NCBI GenBank assembly: GCA_963771175.1
Contig: CAVYSY010000026.1
Location: 224,001-288,000 of the forward strand
Direction: 5' to 3'
Source: an uncultured delta proteobacterium
GTDB lineage: Bacteria > Myxococcota > Myxococcia > Myxococcales > Myxococcaceae
DNA: 64,000 nt
The position numbers and the translations under genes are program-made. The notes under the pieces were generated by a model. That model was not told where the DNA came from. It saw nothing but the letters and a program-made list of their open reading frames with translations, and searched no databases. Positions 1 through 10,042 of the stretch are shown one piece after another; the first letter of the stretch is position 1, and each line of letters starts with the position of its first letter.

Positions 1-1195
1 CCTTGTAGTAGTTGCGCTCGCGCACCACGGTGGGGTCCAACCCGAGCCGCTCGGCGGCGCGGTTGAGCACCTCCTCCATCACGAACACGCCCTGGGGCCC
101 GCCGAAGCCGCGGAAGGCCGTGTTGGAGGGCAGGTTCGTCCGGGCCACCTGGCCGGTGAAGCTCAGCGCCGGGACGAAGTACGCGTTGTCCAGGTGGAAG
201 AGCGCCCGGTCCAGGATGGCGCGCGACAGGTCCGAGCTCCACCCACCGTCGGAGATCAGCTCCACCTTCAGCGCGAGCAGCCGCCCCTCGGCGTCGAAGC
301 CCGCGTCGTACCGGCCCCAGAAGGGGTGACGCTTGCCCGTGGAGGCCATGTCCTGGTCGCGGTTGAGCCACACCTTCGCCGGCCGCCCGGTGACGCGCGC
401 CCCCAGGGCCGCCAGGGCCGCGAAGGGCGCGGCCTGCGTCTCCTTGCCACCGAAGCCGCCGCCCATGCGCGGCACCTCCACCACCACCTGGTGCCGTCCC
501 AACCGCAGCACGCCGGCCACGATGGCCTGCACCTCGGACGGGTGCTGGGTGGAGCACCACAGGTGCACCGACTCGTCCTCTCCGGGCACCGCCAGCGACA
601 CCTGGGTCTCCAGGTAGAAGTGGTCCTGGGCGCCCGTCATGCACTCGCCCGAGAGGCGCACCGGCGCGGCGGCGAGCGCGGCGTCCGGCTCGCCCCGGCG
701 GATGGTGTGCGGCTCCGAGAGGAAGGCCCCCGCCTCCACCGCCGCCTTCATCGTCAGCAGCGCGGGCAGCGCCTCGTACTCCACCTCCACCAGCGCGGCG
801 GCGCGGCGGGCGAGGTCCGCGCTCTCCGCGAACACCACGGCCACCGTCTGCCCCAGGAAGTGCACCTCGCCCTCGGCGAGCAGGGGCTCGTCGTGGATGA
901 CGGGGCCCACCTGGTTCTCCCCGGGCACGTCCTCGGCGAAGAGCACGGCGTGGACACCGGGCAGCGCGCGGGCCTTCGTCGCGTCCTTGCGGAGGATGCG
1001 CGCGTGCGCGTGCGGCGAGGTGACGAGGTGCCCCGCCAGCATCCCGGGAGGCTGGGGCATGTCGTCCACGTAGAGGGCCTCGCCGCTGGTGTGCTTCAGG
1101 CCACTCTCGTGCGGGGCCGGGGCATGCAGGGGCGTGCTGGCCGGCGCGGGCTGCTGGGCGCGGGCGGACTCGGGAGAAGAAGGAAGCGTGCTCAT
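1..1195 (-). CDS. xdhB: Xanthine dehydrogenase molybdopterin-binding subunit, N-terminal part (runs off the window's left edge)
   Basis: Read by hand from ATG at 1195: MSTLPSS...PHESGLKHTSGEALYVDDMP...QDHFYLETQ...RMGGGFGGKETQ...TGKRHPF...AFRGFGGPQG; lies directly downstream of xdhA. Confidence 0.93.
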   Translation of the reverse strand, partial: MSTLPSSPESARAQQPAPASTPLHAPAPHESGLKHTSGEALYVDDMPQPPGMLAGHLVTSPHAHARILRKDATKARALPGVHAVLFAEDVPGENQVGPVIHDEPLLAEGEVHFLGQTVAVVFAESADLARRAAALVEVEYEALPALLTMKAAVEAGAFLSEPHTIRRGEPDAALAAAPVRLSGECMTGAQDHFYLETQVSLAVPGEDESVHLWCSTQHPSEVQAIVAGVLRLGRHQVVVEVPRMGGGFGGKETQAAPFAALAALGARVTGRPAKVWLNRDQDMASTGKRHPFWGRYDAGFDAEGRLLALKVELISDGGWSSDLSRAILDRALFHLDNAYFVPALSFTGQVARTNLPSNTAFRGFGGPQGVFVMEEVLNRAAERLGLDPTVVRERNYYK

Positions 1196-1200
1196 CCGGG

Positions 1201-2652
1201 TTACCTCACCTGCACCGTGGCCGGGTGCTGCTCCGCGAGCCGGGGCATGGGCGATTGCTGTGTCTCGAGGAAGAAGCCGCGCAGGAGGTTCTTCGCCACC
1301 TGGGCGCGGTACCACGCCGAGCCTCGATGGTCGGACAGGGGCTTGAAGTCCTCGTCCAGCCGGACCAGCGCCGCCTCCACGGTGGCCTCCGTCCAGGGCT
1401 GGCCCACCAGCGCGGCCTCGGTGCGCCGGGCCCGCGCGGGCGTGGCCGCCATGCCGCCGTAGGCCAGCCGCGCCTCCGTCACCTTCCCCTCCCCGTCCAC
1501 CACCACCCGGAAGCCCGCGGCCACGGCACTGATGTCCAGCTCACGCCGCTTGGACACCTTGTACGCGAGCGCCCGGGCCCCCTCGGGCTGCGCCGGCACG
1601 TCCACGTACGCCAGCACCTCACCGCGTCCGAGCGCCGTGCGCCGGTAGCCCAGGAAGAAGTCCTCCAGCGGCATCCGTCGCTCGCCCGCCCGCGAGCGCA
1701 GCACCACCTCGGCCCCGAGCGCGAGGAGCACCGGCGCCAGGTCACCAATCGGCGACGCGTTGCAGAGGTTGCCGCCCACCGTCGCGCGGTTCTTGATCTG
1801 CCGCGAGCCGAAGTAGCGCAGCATCCGCTCCAGGGGCGGGCTCGCGGCGCGCGCGTAGTCCTCCAGGTCCGTCAGCCGCACCGAGGCGCCCAGGCGATGT
1901 CCGCCGTTTCGAGGCTCCAGCGCGCGCAGCTCGGGCAGGGCCTCCAGCGACACCAGCAGCGGGGGCTCCGCGTACTTCTTGGTCACCTCCAGCGACAGGT
2001 CCGTGCCGCCCACCACGAAGCGGGCCTCCGGGTGCTTGTCCAGCACGTCCCAGAGCGCGTCCAGCGAGCCGGGGGTGAAGAAGCGCTGGGCACCGGCCTC
2101 GTAGGAGAGGTCCATGGGCTCGGGCTGCGTCTCCGCGAGCGCTCGGGCGAAGCGGTCCTGGGGGCGCAGGCCGGCCACGCGGGTGGCGGCCTCGCGGATG
2201 GGCCGGTAGCCGGTGCAGCGGCAGAGGTTGCCGCACAGCTGCGCGTCCAGCTTCCAGGGCTCGTCCAGGTCGCGGCGGTGGCAGGCCTCCAGCATCGACA
2301 TGGCGACGCCCGGCGTGCAGTAGCCGCACTGAGAGCCCAGCTCGCGCGCCAGCGTCTCCTGGACGAGGTGGTACTTCCCGCTCTCCTTGAGCGACTCCAC
2401 CGTGTACACGCGTTTGCCCTGCACCATGGGCAGCAGCACCAGGCACGCGTTCACCGCGCGCAGGGCCGGTGCCCCCTGGCCATCGTGCTCCAGCACGACG
2501 ACGGAGCAGGCCCCGCAGTCGCCCTCGGCACAGCCTTCCTTGGTGCCGGTCAGGTGCGCCCTGTCCCGCAGGTAGCGCAGCAGGGTCGTGGTGGGAGAGA
2601 GTCCCGTCTCCTCGACGGGTCGGTCATTCAGGAAGAAGCGCAGCCGTTCCAT
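1201..2652 (-). CDS. xdhA: Xanthine dehydrogenase small subunit (2x[2Fe-2S] + FAD)
   Basis: TGTKEGCAEGDCGAC, SQCGYCTPG, GNLCRCTGYRPI, QIKNRATVGGNLCNASPIGD, YKVSKRRELDISAV. Confidence 0.95.
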   Translation of the reverse strand: MERLRFFLNDRPVEETGLSPTTTLLRYLRDRAHLTGTKEGCAEGDCGACSVVVLEHDGQGAPALRAVNACLVLLPMVQGKRVYTVESLKESGKYHLVQETLARELGSQCGYCTPGVAMSMLEACHRRDLDEPWKLDAQLCGNLCRCTGYRPIREAATRVAGLRPQDRFARALAETQPEPMDLSYEAGAQRFFTPGSLDALWDVLDKHPEARFVVGGTDLSLEVTKKYAEPPLLVSLEALPELRALEPRNGGHRLGASVRLTDLEDYARAASPPLERMLRYFGSRQIKNRATVGGNLCNASPIGDLAPVLLALGAEVVLRSRAGERRMPLEDFFLGYRRTALGRGEVLAYVDVPAQPEGARALAYKVSKRRELDISAVAAGFRVVVDGEGKVTEARLAYGGMAATPARARRTEAALVGQPWTEATVEAALVRLDEDFKPLSDHRGSAWYRAQVAKNLLRGFFLETQQSPMPRLAEQHPATVQVR

Positions 2653-2745
2653 GGGCCTCCCCCAGCCCCCTGGAGGGTGGCCGGGGGGCCAGCGTACTAC
2701 GGCGGGCGGCTTCCCGCCCTTCAGGATTGCCTAACGCCGGACACT

Positions 2746-3159
2746 TCAGCCGCGCAGGGCGAAGAGGGCGACCAGGCTGACGAGGAAGTAGGGCACCAGG
2801 GCGGCAGCGCCCGCGTACTCCTTGGCCATGCGCTGGCCGAAGAAGAGGGCCACGAAGGAGAGCCCGGAGAGGGCCGCGCCCCACATGGCCACCCGCGTGC
2901 TCCCGGACAGCACCAGCGACACCACCCCGGCCGCGCTCACCGCGCCAGAGGCCAATTCCATCACCGTGAGGGTGAGCAGCATGGGGACCACCACCCCGCG
3001 CAAGAGGCTCTTGGAGAAGTGTCCGGTGAGCCACCCCAGGTTGCCCTTCCAGTCGAAGACCTTGTCCAGGCCGGACTGCAGGAAGGTGATGGCGAGCAGG
3101 AGGGTGCTCAGCACCTGGATGAGCCAGAGGGGGAAGAGGTTCGAGTCGAGTGACGGCAT
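2746..3159 (-). CDS. DoxX-family small membrane protein
   Basis: 137 aa with four hydrophobic segments; FLQSGLDKVFDWKGNLGWLTGHF and FFGQRMAKEYAGAA motifs. Confidence 0.7.
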   Translation of the reverse strand: MPSLDSNLFPLWLIQVLSTLLLAITFLQSGLDKVFDWKGNLGWLTGHFSKSLLRGVVVPMLLTLTVMELASGAVSAAGVVSLVLSGSTRVAMWGAALSGLSFVALFFGQRMAKEYAGAAALVPYFLVSLVALFALRG

Positions 3160-3278
3160 GGGGCGCGTACTCTACCCGGCCTGCCCGCTTCCCCAAGTAC
3201 CGAGCCGCCGTCACGAGCAGCCAACCGGGCGGACCCCCACCCCTTCCGCTCGCTGGGGGGCGCCCCCATCGTCCGACC

Positions 3279-4448
3279 ATGGCCTCGGAAAAAGTCGCCC
3301 GGCGGGTCTTCATCGGGCTCATCCTGCTGTCCATCGCCCTGGTGCTGGTGGTTGCCTCGCCCTTCCTCGAGGCCTTCTTCCTGGCCGCGGTGCTCGCCGG
3401 AGCCTTCCAGGGCCTGCAGAGGTGGTTGACGCTGCACTTCAGGGGGCGGGCCGGGTTGTCCGCCAGCCTCATCTGCGTGGGCTTCGTCCTGGCCCTCCTG
3501 GCGCCGCTCGCCAGCCTCACCGCCTTCATCGTCTCGGAGCTCATCGAGGGGGTGAACTTCATCTCCACCGTGGTCCAGCAGCGGGGGCTGGAAGGACTGC
3601 TGACCTACGTCCCCGGCCCGCTGCGAGAACCCGCCGGACGGATGTTGGACCGCTTCCAGGCGGAGAGCGCCGGACTGTGGCAGACCCTGCAGGAGCAGCT
3701 CAGCACCCGGGGCTCCACCGCGGCCCAGACGGTGGGCGGGGTGGTGATGACCACGGGCTCGGTGGTCTTCCAGACCGTGATGATGCTCATCGCGCTGTAC
3801 TTCCTGCTGGTGCAGGGCAAGGAGCTCGTCGCGTGGCTGGAGAGCGTGTCCCCCCTCAAGCGCGGGCAGACGATAGAGCTGCTCACCGAGTTCCGCCGCG
3901 TCACCAAGGCGGTGCTGGTGTCCAGCATCGCCACCGCGGGCGTGCAGGCGGTGGCGGCCCTGGTGGGCTACCTCATCGCCCGGGTGCCGGTCCCCATCTT
4001 CTTCGCGGCCATCACGTTCTTCTTCGCCCTCATCCCCGCCGTCGGCGCCGCCGTGGTGTGCCTGGCCGCCGCCCTGCTGCTGCTGGCCACCGGCCATCCC
4101 TGGGCCGCCCTGTTCCTGGCGATCTGGGGACTCGTCGTGGTGGGGCTCTCCGACAACGTCATCAAGCCCCTGCTCGCCAAGCGCGGCATGCACATGCACG
4201 GCGCCATCGTCTTCTTCGCCCTGCTCGGGGGCCTGTCCGTCTTCGGCGCCATCGGCCTGCTGCTGGGGCCGCTCATCGTGGCCTTCTTCCTCGCCGTGTT
4301 GCGCATCTACGAGCGCGACTACGGCCGGCCCTCCGCCCTCCCCGGAGACCCGGGCACCCCGCCCCAGAACAAGCCCACCGTGGCGGAGGGAGAGGAGTGG
4401 GAGCCCACGGTGTTCCATCCGAATGGGAAGGAGCGGCCCTCCCACTGA
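3279..4448 (+). CDS. AI-2E (PerM) family transporter
   Basis: Multi-TM; LIPAVG, DNVIKPLL, FFALLGGLSVFGAIGLLLGPLI signature; start placed at MASEKVARR. Confidence 0.9.
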   Translation: MASEKVARRVFIGLILLSIALVLVVASPFLEAFFLAAVLAGAFQGLQRWLTLHFRGRAGLSASLICVGFVLALLAPLASLTAFIVSELIEGVNFISTVVQQRGLEGLLTYVPGPLREPAGRMLDRFQAESAGLWQTLQEQLSTRGSTAAQTVGGVVMTTGSVVFQTVMMLIALYFLLVQGKELVAWLESVSPLKRGQTIELLTEFRRVTKAVLVSSIATAGVQAVAALVGYLIARVPVPIFFAAITFFFALIPAVGAAVVCLAAALLLLATGHPWAALFLAIWGLVVVGLSDNVIKPLLAKRGMHMHGAIVFFALLGGLSVFGAIGLLLGPLIVAFFLAVLRIYERDYGRPSALPGDPGTPPQNKPTVAEGEEWEPTVFHPNGKERPSH

Positions 4449-4475
4449 CCCCCTGAAGCAGGTGCCTTCAGGGGG
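4449..4475. terminator. GC-rich hairpin right after the AI-2E stop codon
   Basis: CCCCCTGAAG-N7-CTTCAGGGGG, a 10-bp perfect stem between convergent genes; no U-tract. Confidence 0.5.
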
Positions 4476-4500
4476 CTCGCCGCCACCTCGCGAGCACGAC

Positions 4501-4567
4501 CTCCCGGGCGCGCGGTGCGAAAACCTGTCCGACAGTCGGACAGGTTTTTCGAGCGCGCGCCCGGGAG
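4501..4567. repeat. Long REP-like palindrome (myxobacterial type)
   Basis: CTCCCGGGCGCGCG...AAAACCTGTCCGAC-A-GTCGGACAGGTTTT...CGCGCGCCCGGGAG: 14-bp outer arms plus 14-bp inner arms around a 1-nt centre. Confidence 0.75.
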
Positions 4568-4579
4568 CCCTGCTGACGG

Positions 4580-6622
4580 CTACGGCTGGACGCCGGCTCC
4601 GGTCACGTCGAGCGAGTAGCTGCCGGTGGCGCCCGCGTAGCCCACCACCTTGACGTAGTAGGTGCCCGCCCCCGAGACGTTGTAGCTGCCCAGCTCCGGG
4701 TTGCTCGTGGTGTAGCCGCGCTCCAGGTACAGGTTGAGGTCGGAGGCGGAGTACAGGTACCAGTCCAGGTCCTGGCCACCGGGCATGGACAGCGACACCG
4801 TGACGGTGGTCGGCGCGTCCACCGTGAACTTGAACCAGTCCACGTCCGTGGAGGTGGAGACGTTGCCACTCACGCCGGTGCCCGCCGCCACCCGCCCGTT
4901 GGCGGTCGCCGCGGTGTCGTTGGACTCGGTCTCCGAGGTGATGACGACCTCACCCGGCGTGCCGCCGTCCGTGCCTCCCGTGCCGCCGTCCGTGCCTCCC
5001 GTGCCGCCGTCCGTGCCGCCGCCACCACCGGCAGCCGACCCATCCACCAGCGTGCCCGGAGAGGTGGAGAGGCTCGACAGGCTCGTATGCAGCACGAAGG
5101 AACCACTGGCGCTGACATCCGGGCTCCGGTTCATCGACACCCCATCCGTGCCCGACAGCGACGACGTGTAGCTGAAGCCGTCCACCGTCGTACCGGACGC
5201 GCTCTTCAGCGTCACCGTGCCCCCGCTGTTGCCCAGCACCAGCGAGCCCGTCGAGGCAGAGACCGCGTTCGTCAGCTCCGCGGGAATGCCCGACGCGCCC
5301 GCGAAGACGACCAGCATCGAGCCAGCGCCCAGGGTGCTGCCACTCGCGAAGGAGTGCCGCGTGGTCGTTCCGATGACCAGGGTCCACCCGCTCAGGTCCG
5401 CCGCCCCGGTCCCCACGTTCACCAGCTCGACGAACTCGCGAGTGGTGTCACTCGACGGCTCGTTGGCCAGGATCTCGTTGATGATGACCTGCGCCGTGCC
5501 CGTGCCCGTGCCCGCGTCCGTCCCCGTGCCCGCGTCCGTCCCCGTCCCCGCGTCCGTCCCGTGCCCGCGTCCGTCCCCGTCCCCGCGTCCGTCCCCGTCC
5601 CCGCGTCCGTCCCCGTCCCCGCATCCGTCCCCGTCCCCGCGTCCGTCCCCGTCCCCGCGTCCGTCCCCGTCCCCGTGTCACCCGGAATGAGGAAGTCCTT
5701 GATGACGGCCATGTGCTGCATGTTGGAGGCGCCGCTGTCACTGGACTGCGCGGGGGAGATCTCGCGAGATGGGCGAGTACACGCGCGTGTCCACCACCAG
5801 GCCCGCGGGGAAGGAGCTCCCGCCGATGACCGTGGCCGTCTGGTAGGCGCGCAGGTCCGCGTCCACCAGCACGTGGTCGTACGGCTTGCCACGGCAGGCG
5901 TTGGTGTTGCCGTTGCCGTTCTTGTCCGCCGGGTACGGGCTGCTGGTGCGTCACCACCTGGCTGAAGGTGCTGAAGCAGCTCTCGGTGCGGCTGCTGGTG
6001 TTGAAGTCACCGCCGATGACCAGGAAGTCGCCCGCGGGGATGTGCGCCTGGATGAACTGCACCAGGCTGTTCGCCTCGCTGTTGCGCACGCTGCTGCTCG
6101 CGGTGAGCAGGTGCACGCTCACCACCCAGAGGTCCTTGGGCCCGGGAATGTCGATGCGCGCCCAGGCGAAGTCCCGGTTGCTCGACGTTCGGGTCGTCCC
6201 ACTCGCCCGCGGCGATGATGGGCCAGCGGCTGATGACGCCGTTCGGAATCTGCGCCCCGCCCTCGCGGTAGTAGTAGAAGCCCGGCCCGAACGCCGTATC
6301 CACGAAGCCCCGGATGGCGCTGGCCGAGTTGTCGCCGTAGTTGAACTCCTGGATCATCACCACGTCCGGCTTCGGTGCCCTGGAAGATGCGGAGGCCGTG
6401 GCCCGGGTCGTAGCTCTGCAGGTTGCCGCTGGTGATGTTGGCGGCCATCAGGCGCACCCGGACATCGGTGAGCGAGGCCCCAGTGGAGGTGATGCCCTCG
6501 TCCGAGGACTCCATCGGGTCCACGGCGCCCTCACCACATGCGGCGAGGGCCAGGGCGAACAGCGGCAGCAACAGCCAGGCTCGGAGGCTGGCCCGCGGCG
6601 AGGGGGGGAGGTGCTGGGACAT
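4580..6622 (-). CDS. Secreted lipoprotein nuclease: EEP domain + lamin-tail domain + PPC-like domain; several frameshifts, probably errors
   Basis: Lipobox LALAAC; RLMAANITSGN, VMIQEFN, VSVHL, IGGDFN, PYDHVL and SNMQHMAV spread over ORFs 6119-7171, 6007-6363, 5448-6125 and 5419-5892; IINEILANEP (LTD); ETESNDT...DVDWFKF...DLDWYLY (PPC). Confidence 0.8.
4959..5020 (-). repeat. 21-bp coding tandem repeat (GGTDGGT linker), about 3 copies
   Basis: Unit GTGCCGCCGTCCGTGCCTCCC on the + strand. Confidence 0.85.
5495..5677 (-). repeat. 18-bp coding tandem repeat (GTGTDA linker), 9 copies
   Basis: Unit CCCGCGTCCGTCCCCGT(C/G) on the + strand; the copy near 5560 lacks one C and shifts the frame. Confidence 0.92.
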
Positions 6623-6708
6623 AGGCGACTTCCTGCCCGCGACGAGCGGGCGCTCGAGAAGGACGACGGCCCCATCATCCTCGATTTTCCCCCTGCTGTC
6701 TCGCAGCC

Positions 6709-7197
6709 TCACTGTGAAATTACAGCTTGGGTCGCCGCGGCGGCGGACAGTGCGACAAAGAGGTAGCGCAGCCCCTTGCCCAGTGTGACGAAGGCGACGA
6801 AGGGCGCCCAGCGCACCCCCACGAGGCCGGCGGCGAGGACGAACACGTCTCCCACCACGGGCACCCAGGAGAAGACGAGCACCGGCGCGCCCCAGGTGGC
6901 CAGCCGCGCCTTGGCCCGCTCCAGCCGGGGGCCCTCCTGGTCGATGCGCCGCCGAACCCAGCGCCCCACCGCGCCGCCTCCGCCTCCCGCCACCCAGCGC
7001 CCCAGGAGGTAGACGGTGAGGGCACCGAGCACGTTGCCCCCGGTGGCCACCGCCACCGCCGGCCCCGGAGGCACCCCTCCATAGACGAGCGCGGCCAGCA
7101 CCGCCTCGGAGGGAGCGGCGAGGATGGAGCCGGCCACCACCGCCACGAGGAAGAGCCCCGGCAGACTCCATTGGCTGAGTGTGGACACTTCAAACAT
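6709..7197 (-). CDS. YqaA/DedA-like (VTT domain) membrane protein
   Basis: LAAPSEAVL, ATGGNVLGALTVYLLGR, SWVPVVGD, GKGLRY. Confidence 0.85.
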   Translation of the reverse strand: MFEVSTLSQWSLPGLFLVAVVAGSILAAPSEAVLAALVYGGVPPGPAVAVATGGNVLGALTVYLLGRWVAGGGGGAVGRWVRRRIDQEGPRLERAKARLATWGAPVLVFSWVPVVGDVFVLAAGLVGVRWAPFVAFVTLGKGLRYLFVALSAAAATQAVISQ

Positions 7198-7329
7198 GGA
7201 CGGCGTCCACTTTAGAGCCTTCCGCGCCCGTCAGGACAGGCACGGACTCCCTGTACTCCCGGGAGGGCTGGACGCCTGCCTACCCATCCCTACCTTCCAC
7301 CCAACACCCACCCTGTCTTGAGGTCTCCC

Positions 7330-8010
7330 ATGAAGTCCCTCGTCGCCCTCGCGGCCATGGGCCTGCTGCTCACCAGCGGGAGCGGTCTGGCCCAGTCCGC
7401 CAGGTACACCGTGCGAATCAGTGAGTTGCTGCTGCTGCCCGAGGTCACCACCCCCACCGCGAACCAGACGGCCAGCGGCGAGTGGAAGGACCTGCTCCAC
7501 ACCACCCTGACGACGGGGCAGCGCAAGAACCTCACCCTGCAGGTCTCGCTGGAGGCCGGCCTGCACACGGCCGCCCAGGCACGCGCCCGGTACGGCACGG
7601 CGGAGGGCGCCCCGGCCAGGGGCCTCCTCGAGCTCCGGGTCGTGGTGGACGGGACCCCGGTGACCCCCGGCACCGTCCTCCTCACCGAGCGCCCGCGGCA
7701 CCTCCTGAACCGCCTGGGCGATGTGCTGGAGAGCTGCGCCGACTCCGACGCCAACGGCACCATCGTCGCCGACGAGTGCATCTTCACCGGCGAGGAGCAG
7801 CGACGCGTGCTGCGCGCCCTCGAGACGTACGCGCTCACCTTCGCGCTGGATGACATCGACACCGGCACCCACGACATTCGCGTGCAGGCGCGCGTCAGCG
7901 TCTCCACCCAGGGCGCCACCGGCTCGGCCTCCGCGGGCGCGTGGATCGGCCGCGGTGCCGTCAGCGTCGAGGAGGTCCGACTGGTGAAGAGCTTCGACAT
8001 CTCCCAGTGA
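7330..8010 (+). CDS. Secreted hypothetical beta-rich protein
   Basis: Signal peptide MKSLVALAAMGLLLTSGSGLA; GAGG RBS; Cys-flanked DSDANG loop. Confidence 0.75.
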   Translation: MKSLVALAAMGLLLTSGSGLAQSARYTVRISELLLLPEVTTPTANQTASGEWKDLLHTTLTTGQRKNLTLQVSLEAGLHTAAQARARYGTAEGAPARGLLELRVVVDGTPVTPGTVLLTERPRHLLNRLGDVLESCADSDANGTIVADECIFTGEEQRRVLRALETYALTFALDDIDTGTHDIRVQARVSVSTQGATGSASAGAWIGRGAVSVEEVRLVKSFDISQ

Positions 8011-8013
8011 GAC

Positions 8014-9270
8014 TCACGCCGCGGCGGCGTGGTCCAGCGAGCGCCAGGTGCCCAGCGCCCAGTCCTGCTCATCCGGGTCATCGAAGCTGACGACGCACAG
8101 CGCCCGGTGCGCACCGGCCTCGCACAGGGCCGTGAGCCGGCACTCACCCGGCTCCATGTGCAGCGTCGCCCGTCCACTCACCCGCTCGCCGTGGTGTTGG
8201 AGCTCGTAGGGCAGCTCCGCCTCGGGCCCCGGAGCGCTGCCCCGCACGTCCCCCAGCGGAACGAAGCGCACGCTGCGCCGGTGGTCTCGCGCCACCCAGC
8301 TCCCGTCCGCGAGGCGCTGCTCGGCCAGCGAGCCGGGGATGCGAATCTCCCAGCCCTCGGGCAGCGTCACCTGCACCGAGCCCCGGCGATAGCCGATGAG
8401 CGGACCCGACGGCGCCGCGGCGGCGCGCTCGGAGACCTTCTCCGCCAGCGTGCCCCCGATGCCGAGAAACCCCAGCACCTCCTGCCACTCGCGCCACGGG
8501 TAGGGCAGCGAAGGGTCCTCCCGCCACGCCAACTCCAGCAGCCGGGCCACGTCGCGGAACAGATGACGCTCCTCCTCGAGCAGCGGCGGGCGCCACACCA
8601 TGTCCGTCCAGATGCGGCTGAGCGCGCGGCCCAGCCTCGTCGAGGCCCCCTGGCCGGGCTCCCACCACGGGAAGATGTCCCGGCCTCGCAGCGGCTCCTC
8701 GTGCACGGCCCGCACCCAGGCCTCGTCCCGGGGACCCAGGGGAGTCAGCAGGGCCCCGGGGTACTCGAAGCCATGCCCGGAGCGCAGCGACAGCGTGGCC
8801 CCCGAGTTGCCGAGCCTCCGGAAGTCCAGCACCCGCCGGCCATCTCCGCCAGCCAGGCGAGCATGAGCGGGGCGATGTCGCTCGCGTCCCCGGTATGGAA
8901 GTACCCCGTGGGGTCCCCCACCCCGGCGGTGGTGAGGGCCGGATCCGCCCAGTCCACCTGCGAAGGCATCCCCCAGGGAATGCAGCAGGTCGCAGAGGTA
9001 GCGGTGGTAGCCGGGCCCCACCATGGAGGTGTTGGCCGAGACGACCACCCGGCCCTGCCCGGCGGCCACGATGGCCACCTCCTCCGCGGCCGGGTGCAGG
9101 CGCAGGAACAGGATGGGCCCCTGGGGACTGTCCACGGTGCGCGAGCTCTCCAGCAGCTCCTCCGCGGCCTCGTGGACCCAGCGCTCCACCCTCCGCAACC
9201 ACGGCCGAGAGGCCTCGGGCGCGGTGAGCTCGCCTCCGTACCAGCCCGCCAGCAGCAACTTCACTCCCAT
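8014..9270 (-). CDS. Conserved-looking hypothetical protein with two compensating frameshifts near 8840-8965
   Basis: Starts MGVKLLLAGWY; LRLHPAAEEV...TSMVGPGYHRY; the segment VDWADP...GDPTGYFHTGD is in the alternative frame (ORF 8745-8969). Confidence 0.7.
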   Translation of the reverse strand: MGVKLLLAGWYGGELTAPEASRPWLRRVERWVHEAAEELLESSRTVDSPQGPILFLRLHPAAEEVAIVAAGQGRVVVSANTSMVGPGYHRYLCDLLHSLGDAFAGGLGGSGPHHRRGGGPHGVLPYRGRERHRPAHARLAGGDGRRVLDFRRLGNSGATLSLRSGHGFEYPGALLTPLGPRDEAWVRAVHEEPLRGRDIFPWWEPGQGASTRLGRALSRIWTDMVWRPPLLEEERHLFRDVARLLELAWREDPSLPYPWREWQEVLGFLGIGGTLAEKVSERAAAAPSGPLIGYRRGSVQVTLPEGWEIRIPGSLAEQRLADGSWVARDHRRSVRFVPLGDVRGSAPGPEAELPYELQHHGERVSGRATLHMEPGECRLTALCEAGAHRALCVVSFDDPDEQDWALGTWRSLDHAAAA

Positions 9271-9343
9271 CGCATCGTCTCCTCTCCGTCGGGCCGGGGG
9301 TCCATCTCCACGCAACGGGCGTCGGGAGCCGATTATGTCGCCA

Positions 9344-9939
9344 TCAGCTCCAACTGATGTCGTAATCGACATCGAGCGAGGCCAGCCGCCGCCCCTGCAC
9401 CACGAGGTCTCGGGCCGTCGATTTCTCCAGCGCCGCGGTGAGGACGCCCTCGTTGTAGGCCACGGGCAGGAAGTCCTGGCGCGCCATCATGCGTGCCTTC
9501 CTATCCCCAGTTTCTCCACCGAGCGCTCGCCATAGCTGAGAGAGGCCCGGTAGGAGCTGGGGAAGCTGGCCAGCAGCCGGTGGGGATCCGTCCCGGCGAG
9601 CGCCATCATCGTCCTGCCCACGGTGGAGTGCAGGAAGTCCTCCGTGGCCCGCCGCCCGAGCTGGCGCATCACGGCGTCCCGTCCCCCGAGCCTCGGCCCG
9701 AGCAGGTCCGCGGCCGTGAAGAGGGCCTTCATGAAGTCCGCCACCGGGTAGCTGAAGAAGTCCACGAACTTCTTCTCACCGGCGGCGGCGAAGCACCTCG
9801 CCCGGGCCTCCTCGCCCCCGAGCGCGCGCACCGCTTCGAGCAGGCCGTTGAAGAACATCCCGCGACACGTATCCACGGGCGTGACGAGGGTGAGCAGTTC
9901 CTCCAACGAAGGATCGACGGGACCGGAGGTGGCGGGCAT
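9344..9939 (-). CDS. DUF2378 / TIGR02265-type myxobacterial protein, one frameshift
   Basis: DTCRGMFFNGLL, KFVDFFSYPVADF, SYGERSV; adding one G to the G-run near 9505 restores ...DFLPVAYNEGVL...DYDISWS*. Confidence 0.85.
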
Positions 9940-10042
9940 CGACACGATAGGGGCTCCTGCGGAGGGTCCAGCGAGTGCTCGGTCGTCCGCGAGCTGCGCG
10001 GGGGGGGCCCGCATTTAGAGCGCAAAACGCCACTGCCTGGGC

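Noticed and set aside
5495..5677. Tandem repeat as a CRISPR or non-coding array
   Set aside because: No spacers; the 18-bp unit is in-frame linker coding sequence.
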